From positions 1-55,635 of the IMG/VR virus record IMGVR_UViG_3300003319_000118: a DNA stretch of 55,635 nucleotides; one strand, given 5' to 3'. Position numbers and translations under genes: made by a program. The notes under the pieces were generated by a model. That model searched no databases. It had not been told where the DNA came from and worked only from the letters and a program-made list of their open reading frames with translations. Below, piece by piece: positions 35,734 to 45,940 of the stretch (the stretch's first letter is position 1; each line of letters begins with the position of its first letter). The DNA comes from a virus (taxonomy: Duplodnaviria; Caudoviricetes).

Positions 35734-37203
35734 CTACACCCTGCGCCCGCCGAGGCGCGAGAAGAGATTGCGCTCCAAATCGGAAACACTCGTAACCGGC
35801 AATTCAAGGACGCGAGCGGCAGCCATCGAAAGCGCCACGGCCAAATCTATCTTTAGCGAGGCGGAGCGCTTCACTATGCGCAACTTCCTCTCTTCCCCTA
35901 CCTTTTTGTCGGCGTTGTCGAGATGCTTTCTCAGAAGCGGGTCGCTGCCGTGACTGATACGCTTCTGAGTTATCAGGTCGAGCAGGTTCTTGTCCGCGGT
36001 CAGTCTCTCTGCCCCCTGATGGAATGGGGCGGTTGGGACTATGCCCCGCTTATCCAACCCGGTCATCATTTGGTGAAGCTGATACGGGTCATAGGCGATT
36101 TGCAGGACGTTGAAGTCTTTACAGAACTTCACCAACTCCTCTTCAATCTCGTCAAAGTCAAGCGGCTGCCCTTTGGGCTCCCATGCGCGCACATAGCGAA
36201 CCGCCACCCTGCTCGAATCTGCCGGATGTAGGGAGACCCCGACAACGCCGAACGTGTCTCCCGTGACGGCCGCATCTGCCGCAAGCGCGAGTGGTGTGCG
36301 AGTATCGAGCGCGGGTAGGTCTTCAGAGCAGGCGTCCCACCACAGGATTGATTCGAGGAAGCGGGTCGCGTCTTCAATATCCTCCCACTCGGCGTCCATC
36401 AGGACGCGCGCTTCGGATTCAGTGAGAACGGCGCGGCGATCCTGCTCATACCCTTGCGAGAGATTCGCGGCGTTGTCGGCGAGTCTCAACGTGACCGTGA
36501 GAGACTTGCTTTTAAATTCGGCGTTCGCATCCGGCCCGTCCGCCTCCAGCGGCCCGAAAAACTCAAATAGCCAGTGCTTGCGCGGCGTGGTAGTCAGGTA
36601 GAGTTGTGGAGGCTCGCCCTCGGGGCCTTCGAGCCGGACACGGCCGGCCAGCACCTTCAAGGCATCGGGCGTCTTGTGGCGCCGAGCTTCGTCAAAGTAA
36701 GCGAAATGGACGTTTGGCCCTTCCCACGCACCCGGCTCTTCAATGCCCCCGCAGATAAGTTCCGCGCCGTTGACGAACGTCAGAGTAAAAGGTTTGGTAG
36801 GCTCCCAGCCGAAGCGCGCACGATACTGCTGCTCTTTGATGACCTGTTCCCACGGGCACCACCGGCGAAATTCTTTCCACAGAGACTTTTTAAAGTGCTC
36901 GAAGTCGGGGCTGACCATGATGCCCGACATACCCCGTCGGAGTCTGTTCAGCGTCTTAACGATACCGGCAACCGACTTGCCCGCGCCCTCACCGCCTTTA
37001 GCCAGCATGTACTTGGGCGTGTCGGAAAAGACGAACAGCCGCTCATCTTCGTGGTGCGGCGTGTAGGGTTTGTGCGTCGCTGCGTTGACGTAGACCCCTA
37101 GCCACTCGCCCGCAGGCTCATCACCTGGAACAATGTCCACGTCCTCGGCCGTCTTAAGCCTTTGGACTGCTATCCGATCCGCCACCGGCCACAGATGGCT
37201 CAT
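35734..37203 (-). CDS. terL: terminase large subunit
   Basis: GGEGAGKS Walker A, AYFDEA Walker B, LTTTP, AADAAVTGD, IAYDPYQ, KIDLAVALSMA. Confidence 0.92.
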   Translation of the reverse strand: MSHLWPVADRIAVQRLKTAEDVDIVPGDEPAGEWLGVYVNAATHKPYTPHHEDERLFVFSDTPKYMLAKGGEGAGKSVAGIVKTLNRLRRGMSGIMVSPDFEHFKKSLWKEFRRWCPWEQVIKEQQYRARFGWEPTKPFTLTFVNGAELICGGIEEPGAWEGPNVHFAYFDEARRHKTPDALKVLAGRVRLEGPEGEPPQLYLTTTPRKHWLFEFFGPLEADGPDANAEFKSKSLTVTLRLADNAANLSQGYEQDRRAVLTESEARVLMDAEWEDIEDATRFLESILWWDACSEDLPALDTRTPLALAADAAVTGDTFGVVGVSLHPADSSRVAVRYVRAWEPKGQPLDFDEIEEELVKFCKDFNVLQIAYDPYQLHQMMTGLDKRGIVPTAPFHQGAERLTADKNLLDLITQKRISHGSDPLLRKHLDNADKKVGEERKLRIVKRSASLKIDLAVALSMAAARVLELPVTSVSDLERNLFSRLGGRRV

Positions 37204-37627
37204 CCGAGCCGAAGGCGGCAAGAAGTTTGGCGATGTCAAGTTTCACCCCATCCGTTTCGCTCTGCGCGAACTTCAGCCAATCCAGCAAGTCTTTTTCCGT
37301 TTCGATGCCGGTCTCGTCAATCTTTTGTCGCGCCACCCGCATGACGATGCGGAGACGTGCTGCGCGCGATGCAATATCAACCATCAAAGAGAGCCGGTCT
37401 ACTTCCTCCGCGAATTCCGTGTCGCTCACCCAGCGCTGCACCGTGCGCTTCGCTATGCTGTGTTCGTCGGCAACCGCCTGTTGCGAGTAACCTTGCGCGA
37501 GCGAAATCGCCACGGCGGATTTTTTCGGCGTCCACTCGTACGGCGTCTTTTTGGCGACAGCGGCCCCCAAATCGCTGTTCACCGTCCGCCCTTCTACTCC
37601 CTTCTCTTTTTTAACTCTTACCGCCAA
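37154..37627 (-). CDS. terS: terminase small subunit (HTH)
   Basis: LAQGYSQQAVADEHSIAKRTVQRW..EF; overlaps terL start. Confidence 0.78.
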   Translation of the reverse strand: MAVRVKKEKGVEGRTVNSDLGAAVAKKTPYEWTPKKSAVAISLAQGYSQQAVADEHSIAKRTVQRWVSDTEFAEEVDRLSLMVDIASRAARLRIVMRVARQKIDETGIETEKDLLDWLKFAQSETDGVKLDIAKLLAAFGSDEPSVAGGGSDSSPKA

Positions 37628-37667
37628 AAGCTATTCTCCCCCTTCAGGTACGAGAGACGCGCGCCGC

Positions 37668-38264
37668 TCACCGCTCCTTTGGGCTATAGGCGGGCGCGGG
37701 CTCGCTCAGCTTCGCCACGTCGTAGCCGAGGAGTCCGGCCCTGTCGAGAATCAACGCCGTGCGCGCCTCGGCCTCCATCGCCCGTTGATTGAACTGAAGC
37801 ACCTTCTCGTTGGCGCGGTTGAGCGCCGCGTGCTTCCCGTCCCGTATCTGCTGCTTCTCGGCCTCCGCGCTCTTGCGGTTCTCTTCGATGACCTGAAGGT
37901 AGTGCGTCCGCTGCTCCGCGAAAGCCTGCGTGTGCGTCTCCTCTAGTTGCTTGACCTGCGCGACGTAGCCGTCAATCAGCGCCTTCCACTGGCTCGCCTG
38001 CAAGTCCGTCGTGTGAATCGAGTGGTCGGTGCGCGTCTTGTACCACGCCGTAAATCCCCGGACGGCGTAGATAATCAGAATCACGACCACCCCGGCCGCC
38101 GTCGGCTTCCACGCTGCCGCAACGTCCTGAATCTGCGCGAGAGCGGAAAGCGTAGCCGACGCGACCAAAGCCCCCAGCGCGAGCAGCGTTTCGGCTGCGG
38201 CAGGCTTGGCGAGTAGTAGCGCGAGGCGGTGGGGCATCTGCTTGACTGTTAAGCTCTGCGTCAT
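37668..38264 (-). CDS. membrane protein with coiled coil (lysis-related?)
   Basis: Two hydrophobic segments then coiled coil. Confidence 0.6.
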   Translation of the reverse strand: MTQSLTVKQMPHRLALLLAKPAAAETLLALGALVASATLSALAQIQDVAAAWKPTAAGVVVILIIYAVRGFTAWYKTRTDHSIHTTDLQASQWKALIDGYVAQVKQLEETHTQAFAEQRTHYLQVIEENRKSAEAEKQQIRDGKHAALNRANEKVLQFNQRAMEAEARTALILDRAGLLGYDVAKLSEPAPAYSPKER

Positions 38265-38587
38265 ACTTCGGGGGAACCGCTCAACTCCTCTACCTTCTGC
38301 TTGGCTCTTATCAACTCGATCTGCCCTTCGGCCGCCAACGCTCTGGCTCGCCACTCATCCCGGTCTTGCTTCAACTGCTGGGCAAGCTCTTTCAAGCCCG
38401 CTACGGCCGCGCTCTCATCATCACGACGAATACGCGCCCGTATCTCTCGCCTCTGCCAAACGGTTAAAGCCCGGTCGGCAGGAGCCTTCCGCAGTTCAAG
38501 CCGAAACCGGAGATACCCCAACAACCCGCCCGCCGCGATGAAGGCGATGAGGTAGCCAAGCAACTGAGCGTTAGAAGTCTCAGGCAT
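38261..38587 (-). CDS. single-TM coiled-coil protein
   Basis: LLGYLIAFIAAGGLLGYL plus coiled coil. Confidence 0.6.
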   Translation of the reverse strand: MPETSNAQLLGYLIAFIAAGGLLGYLRFRLELRKAPADRALTVWQRREIRARIRRDDESAAVAGLKELAQQLKQDRDEWRARALAAEGQIELIRAKQKVEELSGSPEV

Positions 38588-38588
38588 C

Positions 38589-39095
38589 TCATAGATAGGG
38601 CTCTACCGACTCAAATGCGCCCGCGAGGATGGCTCTAGTTCGTTTGACCTCCTCCCATTCATCTACGGGAACGAGGATGTGTCTGGCCTGCTCTTTGACC
38701 GCTTCGGTCGCAGAGAAGTCATAAACGCTAAAGGGGTCGAAGCGGCGGTCTCCCTTGGCAAAGACGGGACGGACGGGAAAGGCGCGACCGACCACCACAG
38801 GCGAGACGGTGACGGCCTTCCTTCCCCCCGTCTCGCGATGGACGATGCGGCAGAAGTCTTCGGCCTGTTCAATGCTCGGATAGATACCGCCGTCTTCCAA
38901 GCCGTTAGGATTAGAGATGGGTTCCGCGCTCAGCAGGTTTGAGAGCTTGGCGGCGAGCCTCATCAACCAGTAACCGGGGCCGCGGTCTCTCATCCACACT
39001 TGCCAGAGCGTCCCGGCTTCACCGTCGTACAGGGGAAGTGTGGCCCACGAGACGGGGCGAGCATTGGCTTTCAGTTGGAGTGCGTCGGCTACCAT
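38589..39095 (-). CDS. hypothetical protein
   Basis: TAATG coupling. Confidence 0.55.
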   Translation of the reverse strand: MVADALQLKANARPVSWATLPLYDGEAGTLWQVWMRDRGPGYWLMRLAAKLSNLLSAEPISNPNGLEDGGIYPSIEQAEDFCRIVHRETGGRKAVTVSPVVVGRAFPVRPVFAKGDRRFDPFSVYDFSATEAVKEQARHILVPVDEWEEVKRTRAILAGAFESVEPYL

Positions 39096-39274
39096 TAGGC
39101 TTCCGGGTCGTGAATCACGCCGCGCCGGCTGATGACTTCACCGCCCAGTTCTCCTACCTTGTTGGCAGCACCCTGCGCGGCTTCGTCAGCCACCTCCTGC
39201 TGCTGGCTCTCACTCAACTCTTCCTCGGCCGTGTACTGGATGGTTGAGCTAACGGTGATGGTGTATTCAGGCAT
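39095..39274 (-). CDS. small acidic protein
   Basis: MPEYTITVS...; GGAG upstream. Confidence 0.5.
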   Translation of the reverse strand: MPEYTITVSSTIQYTAEEELSESQQQEVADEAAQGAANKVGELGGEVISRRGVIHDPEA

Positions 39275-39623
39275 CGGAGAACTCCAAGCGCACGCCCATA
39301 GCACTGCCGTAAGCAATAGGGGTGTGACGCGCGCCGTCAAGTTGGGTTAGTATGCGTTTCATCGCCGCGAAGTCTCGCCCTGAGAAAGTTGGGGCTTCGT
39401 GGTGGTGGCCGGGGGAGATGGCTTTAATGCCGTCGAACCCGGTCAGCTTGTTTTAGCGATTGCGCCTCCGCGAAGCCTTAGCCAGCTTCCGCTTGCAGCT
39501 CTCACAAGTCACCAGCCGCCGGTCTTTGCTAAACCGAGAAGACGAAGTAGCCAGACTGCACACAGCCTCTACTTCGAGCCGCGAAGGTGATGCGTCGTAA
39601 TGGATTGGTTCTTTCGCCATTGG

Positions 39624-39794
39624 CTACTCGGGGCCGTCAATGAAGTCGGGGTCGGTGCCGTAGACACCAATTATCAGCCGATGCAGCTTCAAGAAGACGG
39701 CCTTGAACTTCTTCTTTTTCTCCGGGTCTTTTCTAATCTCGCGCAAAGTAGCGATGACGACCTTGACGCCTTGATCGAACGGAACTTTGTTCAT
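39624..39794 (-). CDS. small basic protein
   Basis: GAGGTG RBS; MNKVPFDQGVKVVIATLREIRK...; read by hand. Confidence 0.5.
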   Translation of the reverse strand: MNKVPFDQGVKVVIATLREIRKDPEKKKKFKAVFLKLHRLIIGVYGTDPDFIDGPE

Positions 39795-39803
39795 TGCTAC
39801 ACC

Positions 39804-40040
39804 TCACCCGCTCTGTTGGCTCAGGTGTGCATCACACACGTCTCGGATGGCACGCAGCGCCGCATTGAATTTCCCGTCATTGTTCTGTTGATAGCCCGTG
39901 GCGGCCGAGCCAGCCGAGACGAGGATGTTGCCCATCACGTCGTCTTTGCCCGTCTTGTTCGTGTCCAAGCCCTGAAGCATGAGCCCAAGCCCAACGGCCT
40001 GCGACGTGGCGATCTGTAGAATGAGTTTGCTGTCTGCCAT
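39804..40040 (-). CDS. hypothetical protein
   Basis: Directly follows holin-like gene. Confidence 0.55.
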   Translation of the reverse strand: MADSKLILQIATSQAVGLGLMLQGLDTNKTGKDDVMGNILVSAGSAATGYQQNNDGKFNAALRAIRDVCDAHLSQQSG

Positions 40041-40322
40041 TCAGTTACCTTCCTTCTTCTCTTCTGCCTTCTTCTGTAACTCAGTAACGCCGACGGCCGA
40101 GCCGGCAGCAAGTACCCCAACGAGCGCGCAGTTAGCTGCCATCTGTGCCGTGAGCGCTGTCCCGTTAGCCACCGCGAGCAGGAAGGCGCTCGCCTCCCCG
40201 AAGAGGAGCGCCAGCGCAACGGGCACCCAACCTACCGTGTAGAGCGGCGTCAGCTTCACCATGTCCACCAGCACTTTGGCGAACATGGCAGCGGCGACGG
40301 CCTGAATCAGTATGTTGTCCAT
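40041..40322 (-). CDS. holin-like protein
   Basis: 2-3 TM segments, charged C-tail KKAEEKKEGN. Confidence 0.65.
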   Translation of the reverse strand: MDNILIQAVAAAMFAKVLVDMVKLTPLYTVGWVPVALALLFGEASAFLLAVANGTALTAQMAANCALVGVLAAGSAVGVTELQKKAEEKKEGN

Positions 40323-40425
40323 CGTCTTCGTTGTGGAAAGGGAGCGGCGACTCATCAGGAAGAAAGGTAACTCCCCTCGCCGCCCCCTTCCGTGTCCGCC
40401 CGACATAGCGAGCGGCGACTTGAGT

Positions 40426-40511
40426 TCAAAAAGCGAAAGGGCTCCGACTCACCATTGAAGGCGTAGCCAGAGCCCAAGGCTCACACTAATTTTCCGCGCG
40501 TCAGTTTACCA
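40426..40511 (-). promoter_or_regulatory. putative late promoter followed by terminator
   Basis: TGG-TAAACT (40511-40503), then GGGCTCTGGCT..AGTCGGAGCCC hairpin and TTTCGCTTTTT. Confidence 0.55.
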
Positions 40512-40516
40512 CGACT

Positions 40517-40873
40517 TCACGTTTCGAGAATAGAAATTCCGAAGAGCGCTTCGACCAGTTTTTTCTTCAGCCTGTAAACATCCGTGCGGAAGCCCTTCAC
40601 GTCTTCCCATACGCGGCACCTCTTGTCCATGTCCCAATAAACGAAGTCGCAGATGTAGTCCGCGATATGAATACAGTTTACTTCAATCGGCATCCGTACC
40701 TGACAGCGAACATCGCGCACCTTATCGGCACGCTCAAGTAGTTTAAGCTCGGCGTACCTATCGGCCTCTTTACGCGACTGAAATTTGATGCCATCGACCA
40801 CACAAGGGCGCGCTCCGTACTTGTGCGGCTTCGTCCGGTTGCGAAATTCCTCGGCTGTCATGTCAGCTTTCAT
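40517..40873 (-). CDS. DUF1064 family nuclease
   Basis: KYGA..VDGIKFQSRKEADRY..YICDFVY..EDVKGFRTDVYRLKKKL. Confidence 0.88.
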   Translation of the reverse strand: MKADMTAEEFRNRTKPHKYGARPCVVDGIKFQSRKEADRYAELKLLERADKVRDVRCQVRMPIEVNCIHIADYICDFVYWDMDKRCRVWEDVKGFRTDVYRLKKKLVEALFGISILET

Positions 40874-40940
40874 GCTAAAATAGAAGCGGCTCGAACGAGT
40901 GCTGCAAACGCCCCGCGCTGCTTCTTCTGTAGGAGTAGGG

Positions 40941-41258
40941 TTAGACATGGGAGTCCTCCGTGAGTCGCCGTCTCACCCGATTAGCAGCCGCATGGTCAGG
41001 CTCGGCGTTCTCATATACCGCGTCAGCCTCCTCATTCTCTTCGTCCATCAAAGTGAAATAGCGCAACCGAATATCATCGGCATCCGCTACACTTGGCTCA
41101 TCAAGAGCATCGAAGCAGAGTGCTCGCAACTCCGTGAACTTCTCAGCGAACCGCGCAGGCAAGTGCTCTGTGCCGAAAAGCATCTCATCACGAAAGAACT
41201 CTCCGCACTTAAGCAGGGCGTACTCTTGCACGGTTCGTCTGCGTCGAGTGTTAGCCAT
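40941..41258 (-). CDS. hypothetical protein
   Basis: Track ORF on operon strand. Confidence 0.5.
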   Translation of the reverse strand: MANTRRRRTVQEYALLKCGEFFRDEMLFGTEHLPARFAEKFTELRALCFDALDEPSVADADDIRLRYFTLMDEENEEADAVYENAEPDHAAANRVRRRLTEDSHV

Positions 41259-41455
41259 ACGCTTTAATCTCTTCTTTTAAAAGATAGACGCGGATTTTGT
41301 TGTCGCCTATGCCGACACCTGTCACGTCGGGACGGTCGGCTAGATAAGCCTTCACTTTACGCTTAGCGTGATAGATGTTAACAGGTGCGCCAGTTTCAGA
41401 AACAACGTCTGCCATCCTTCAATCCTCCGTGCGCTTCGGGAGCGCAACAACCCGG

Positions 41456-42226
41456 CTAAGTTTTCACTTCCGTCTGCTCGATGGACTCGATGACGCGGCG
41501 CGCGGCGTTCTTGATGCTGTCAAGTGAACGGCGGTGATACTCGACACCGCCCTGCTTTACGAGTGCATAGGCTTCCGCGAGGCCGTCCACATCCCACGTC
41601 TTGAACTCAACGCCGGTCAGTCGCTCGAACTTATCGACGGCCTCCTTGAGTTGGTTGTAGGCGTAACCCGCCGACTCACGCCCCCGCGTAAGGCCGTTCT
41701 TGTAGCCCTCGTCAAGAATTCGCTTCCGTTCGGCGTCGGGCATGATGTTGTCCTGCGCGGCGCGGAAGAGTCCGGCGAGGAAGGCGCGGGTGATCGGCTG
41801 CGCTTCGAGTTTCGGGGCTTCAACTTTCACCTTGAGCTTGCCGCCGCTCGGATACATGAGCCCCCACGTCGGGGGGAGTTCGCCGGGCTGCACAATCGAC
41901 TCATCCCCGACAACCAAAAACCAGAAGTCGCAGAAGCGGCAGATGGCGTCCGCCTTCGCTGGCCGCTTCAACTCATTAAGCCAGTCAGCGCGGGAAGCCT
42001 TCACTTCAAAGCCGTAGAGGTAGAGTCCGCGCGACGGCCAGAGCGACATAACCAGCGCATCGGCAGAGCGCGATTTATTGCCGCCCGTCCCGTTGGGCAC
42101 TTCCTCCATGTAGGCGTATGCGTCCTTCGGGTAGCGCTCACGCAGTAGAGCTTTAATCTCGCCCGTGCTGAGCACCTTGCGCTTCGGCTTACTCTCTTGA
42201 AATAGTGTTGGCTCAGCAACGCTCAT
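41456..42226 (-). CDS. PD-(D/E)XK nuclease-like protein (MmcB-like)
   Basis: EEV..RSADAL..GFEVKASRADWLNEL..K..FCDFWFLV. Confidence 0.78.
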   Translation of the reverse strand: MSVAEPTLFQESKPKRKVLSTGEIKALLRERYPKDAYAYMEEVPNGTGGNKSRSADALVMSLWPSRGLYLYGFEVKASRADWLNELKRPAKADAICRFCDFWFLVVGDESIVQPGELPPTWGLMYPSGGKLKVKVEAPKLEAQPITRAFLAGLFRAAQDNIMPDAERKRILDEGYKNGLTRGRESAGYAYNQLKEAVDKFERLTGVEFKTWDVDGLAEAYALVKQGGVEYHRRSLDSIKNAARRVIESIEQTEVKT

Positions 42227-42385
42227 AATCTCTCTCTCCCATGCGTAAGACTTAGGATTCAGTCCTACCTGCTTCTGTGTGTTCAGTTCTACATTTTCCC
42301 TAACTCATCCCTAACTCATCCCTAACCCGCCCGGGTCGGCTCTCAACCGGGAGTGGGTCGGATAACAAGTATTTTCGCGCACCTT

Positions 42386-42628
42386 TCAGCCGGACATCTG
42401 AGTCGTCGCGCTGTTGGCGTTTACAATCTCCCGTTCCCACTCTCGGAAGGCACGTAGCACATCGGCTACTCGGTTCTGTCCTGCGGCCCATCTCATATAT
42501 TCACTGTCGAGTCGTGCCCAAGCTGCGTTGACCGCTGGCATACTGATACTGAAGTCAATGCCGGGATGCTCTTTGACGATGCGGAGCCAGCCATCGCGTA
42601 GCTTGATCTTGAGATAGTCGGCTACCAT
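42386..42628 (-). CDS. hypothetical protein
   Basis: Overlaps primase 3' end; GAGG RBS. Confidence 0.55.
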   Translation of the reverse strand: MVADYLKIKLRDGWLRIVKEHPGIDFSISMPAVNAAWARLDSEYMRWAAGQNRVADVLRAFREWEREIVNANSATTQMSG

Positions 42629-44361
42629 TTGGATTCTTCCTCTTCAACCGTCTCGGTAAAATAAACAGGCCGTGTGTCGGTAAAGCGACCATTCGTCGCA
42701 TCAAAGTACAGCTCAACCTTGCCGGGTCTGCCGCACTCGCGGAAACGTACCTTTTGAACGTGTACCTCGGTGGCGCTACCTTCCTGCAACACATCACGCC
42801 AGACCGAAAGCCCCACATCGCATTTGTTTCGGAAGTGAGCTGAACCGCTAATGTCGTACAGAGTTGGCACCGGATAACTACCCGTCCGCACGTCCTTTTG
42901 TAGCTTCGTTGGATGGGCCACAAGCCACATATGCTTTTCTTTTTGACGACCATAGCCGCGGAGTCTCGTCAGCGACTGGCTCACGAACTCAGTCTCGGTC
43001 ATGTTCGCTGGCCGTCGATGCTCAAGCTCATTCCACGGGTCGATAACAACACCTTGAACTTTGAAATCGGTAGAGTCTACCCAATCAATACAATCAAGGA
43101 TGCCCGAGACGGTGCGCCTTCCATCTTCGGGAAGTACAAAAACAAAATGCTCGGCGAGCCATTCAAGCCCTTCATCCATCTCGGCCTCGGTCATGCGCAC
43201 TACGTCGCCTTTGCCGAAGGGCTTGCCCATATAGATAGAAAGAAGTTGCGCGGCGTGACGCTCAAGCGGTTGGTTCTCTATTGAGGTAACAGCCACCTTC
43301 CACTCATGCAGGCTGGCAAGGTTATGCAGGATACAATCGAGCACGGCCGTCTTGCCGTGAGTCGGAATACCGGTTACTACGGTGAACTGTCCGAGCTTCA
43401 CCGTGTAGTGCCAGTCGAGCGAAGGGATGCCGGTTGAGACGCCGCCCGGAAGCCCTGCGCGATAAAGTTTCCTTACACGGTCGGCGAACTCCGAGACGAA
43501 GTAGACGCCCTCGGGGCGCTCACCGTCCATCACCGTCTTTTCGGGGAAGACGCAAAGAGGATCATCCGGCGAGTAGCGTGCGACCGAGTAGGCTATCTTG
43601 CGAATGTCACCGTCAGGCAGCGGCGGTTCACAGCGCCGCTCATTCACCACCGAGAGCAGCGCGTAGATTTCTGCGGCATCGAGGCCGCGTCGTCGGTTGG
43701 TGCCTGCTATACTTGTGAGAACGTTGTTACGCCCGCCCTCGGGTATCTTATCCGTGCCTTCGTTAAGCGTTACGGCGGCGCCGCCCGTGTTCTCTTGCAG
43801 TTTCCGCTTTAACCACTCGGGCGCGTCCGGTATCTCGTCAGGAAGCGACTCGCCCCAGGCGTAGACACCGCCCGAAACGTGACCGCTCGGCGGGGCGACG
43901 ATGTAGCCGCCGTCACCTTTAATGTCTATGCCGGGGCCGAAAGCCGGTTCTGCCTTCTGTTTGCTGTTCGTGGTCTTGACATAAAAACCGGGATGCTTGA
44001 ATAGCAGGTGCCATCCGCCCCCGCCCGTGCGTACGAAATACTTCTGATCCAGCGGCCCGTATTCCGCGAGAAGTCGTTTCAGACTGTCCGTGCCGCCCGC
44101 GTGAGCGTCAACGTCAACGACAATAAACCCCGACGCCGCGCCCGTAACTATTCCCCAATTAGTGCCGCGGTATTTAGCTGCCCAAAACGTGACCATTGCA
44201 GCTTTATCCGACGCGTCGTTGTGGCCGTGCTCAGTCCGCGGATGTTTTGCGGGTGAGTCACACGCAGCCCCCTTCGGGCAGGAACAGACGCCGCCTACAG
44301 GCTCGTACACGGGAAAGACTTTCCAACCCCGCGCGGCGTAAGAAAGAATCTGTTCGCTCAT
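42622..44361 (-). CDS. bifunctional primase-polymerase + PriCT + SF4 helicase
   Basis: GWKVFP, NWGIVTG, VVDVD, RTGGGGWH, DIKGDGGYIVAPPS; EGGRNN; TGIPTHGKT, IDPWN, LVAHPTK, ISGSAHF. Confidence 0.92.
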   Translation of the reverse strand: MSEQILSYAARGWKVFPVYEPVGGVCSCPKGAACDSPAKHPRTEHGHNDASDKAAMVTFWAAKYRGTNWGIVTGAASGFIVVDVDAHAGGTDSLKRLLAEYGPLDQKYFVRTGGGGWHLLFKHPGFYVKTTNSKQKAEPAFGPGIDIKGDGGYIVAPPSGHVSGGVYAWGESLPDEIPDAPEWLKRKLQENTGGAAVTLNEGTDKIPEGGRNNVLTSIAGTNRRRGLDAAEIYALLSVVNERRCEPPLPDGDIRKIAYSVARYSPDDPLCVFPEKTVMDGERPEGVYFVSEFADRVRKLYRAGLPGGVSTGIPSLDWHYTVKLGQFTVVTGIPTHGKTAVLDCILHNLASLHEWKVAVTSIENQPLERHAAQLLSIYMGKPFGKGDVVRMTEAEMDEGLEWLAEHFVFVLPEDGRRTVSGILDCIDWVDSTDFKVQGVVIDPWNELEHRRPANMTETEFVSQSLTRLRGYGRQKEKHMWLVAHPTKLQKDVRTGSYPVPTLYDISGSAHFRNKCDVGLSVWRDVLQEGSATEVHVQKVRFRECGRPGKVELYFDATNGRFTDTRPVYFTETVEEEESKW

Positions 44362-44786
44362 GCGGCCTTACTCCTCTCCGCTCGGTAAACCTCATTCACG
44401 AGCGCGTCGGCCTCCACGTTCTGCGTGCGAGGCACCCATTGAAGCTGAACATTCGCCATGCCCCGCATCAGTTCGCGGATGCGGTCGCGGTAGGGTCTCA
44501 AGTGATCGGCGTTGCAGTCCCACCGCCCGGCGACCTGATTGACCACGAGGGCCGAGTCGCTGAAGACTTCGCCCTCGTGGCCGTTGTCGGACATCCAGCG
44601 CAGGGCGCGACCGACGGCGACGTATTCAGCGACGTTGTTGCTGTACTTCGCTCGACCGCGACCGACACAGCCGCCGTCGCTGGCAACTACGGTGTCGCCA
44701 TCCTTCGCCAGCCACGCCCAGCAGCTCCAACCCGTCGCGGAGAACCGCGGCTCATAGAGACCGTCGCAATAGAGTTTGAGTCTCAT
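44358..44786 (-). CDS. ribonuclease HI family protein
   Basis: LYCDG, SNNVAEY, SDSALVVNQ, WVPRTQNVEADAL. Confidence 0.9.
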   Translation of the reverse strand: MRLKLYCDGLYEPRFSATGWSCWAWLAKDGDTVVASDGGCVGRGRAKYSNNVAEYVAVGRALRWMSDNGHEGEVFSDSALVVNQVAGRWDCNADHLRPYRDRIRELMRGMANVQLQWVPRTQNVEADALVNEVYRAERSKAA

Positions 44787-45472
44787 TGCACCAATCCTCC
44801 CCCTGCGCGGTTCAGTTCGGCTTGTGACTTGGCGGGCGGGGCGTTGCGCTTGAGCACCCCCACGAGATATTCATGCGGATTGGCGCGCGGCTGCATGGAA
44901 GTCGTCGCAATCGCCTCCGCGACCCTTGTGTTGCCGTAATCCTGTGCAAGTTTGGCGAGCAGCGAGCGGGCGTTCTTAGCAGTCATCACTCGCCCGTGTG
45001 TGAGGAGTGGTACGCCCACGTCGAAGATGTTGGGCGCGTTCGCGCCCGTTCCGTTAGGAACGGAATCTGATACTGAAACTGAAGAGGTTTGTTTTTGCTT
45101 GGCGGGTTGCTTGCGGTTTGCTTGAGTTTTGCTTCCACCTGCGCGGCCTGATTTCGCGCGTTCCCTTCTGATTTGCTCGTCCCTCACCATATCCGGCGAG
45201 AAGATAGCCCCAGCTTGATTCCGGTGAGCTACCCCCTTCCGTAATAGTTCGGAGATGCACGCAAGACCTTCGGATATGTCCCCGCCGATGGCCGCAGCGA
45301 TGTCTTCATCACTCCACGGCTCGCCGCCAGAGGCAAGTACCCCACGATCTTCGCACTCAAACATCAGACAGAGCATATCTACCCACGTACCCTTAGCCGC
45401 CTTTGAGCAGCGGCGGAGGCCGGGGTGTTTCATCCAGTCGCCGGGATAGAATGGGAAGTAGGGAAATTTCAC
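44783..45472 (-). CDS. phage replication protein (YdaU/DUF1376-like N-terminus)
   Basis: PYFPFYPGDWM..AAKGTWVDMLCLM. Confidence 0.75.
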   Translation of the reverse strand: MKFPYFPFYPGDWMKHPGLRRCSKAAKGTWVDMLCLMFECEDRGVLASGGEPWSDEDIAAAIGGDISEGLACISELLRKGVAHRNQAGAIFSPDMVRDEQIRRERAKSGRAGGSKTQANRKQPAKQKQTSSVSVSDSVPNGTGANAPNIFDVGVPLLTHGRVMTAKNARSLLAKLAQDYGNTRVAEAIATTSMQPRANPHEYLVGVLKRNAPPAKSQAELNRAGGGLVQ

Positions 45473-45702
45473 AGCCCGCGCCCCCTTTCCACCCGCTTGA
45501 CGTGTGAAGCGTAGACGCCGACCGATACCGTGACCCACAGGACGGCCTTAGTTTCTTCCGTTTCAATGGACTCCACGGGCGCGGTGAACTCGACGCCGTT
45601 TAGGTTGAAAGTGATTTGATCTCCCGGCCGGTAAAGCGAGAGCGCACCAGGAATGACTTGTAGATTGGGCTTGGAAGTAGAGTTGAGACGGCGGCGCGGC
45701 AT
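45469..45702 (-). CDS. hypothetical protein
   Basis: 3' part of track ORF; GTGA coupling. Confidence 0.5.
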   Translation of the reverse strand: MPRRRLNSTSKPNLQVIPGALSLYRPGDQITFNLNGVEFTAPVESIETEETKAVLWVTVSVGVYASHVKRVERGRGL

Positions 45703-45940
45703 GGCATTCACCTTTCCGCGCGGGCCTAAAACACAAAGACCCGCACCGACATGACGCGGCCCACACGCTCTTGCGAAGGAGACGTATGACGCTGCGCCCG
45801 CCGATGCGGGCGTTTCTGTTAACCGGAGGCCGGTTAGATTGAACTGTGTGGACGCGCCGTTTTTGCCGTAAACAAAAACAGCGTCACACGTCTCCTTCGC
45901 AGTTCCAATCATAACAACCGGCCTCCGGTTTGGCAATAGG

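Noticed and set aside
39400-39450. - strand GCTGACCGGGTTCGACGG...CCGGCCACCA resembling tmRNA/tRNA ends
   Set aside because: Too short; no complete acceptor and T-arm geometry could be built.
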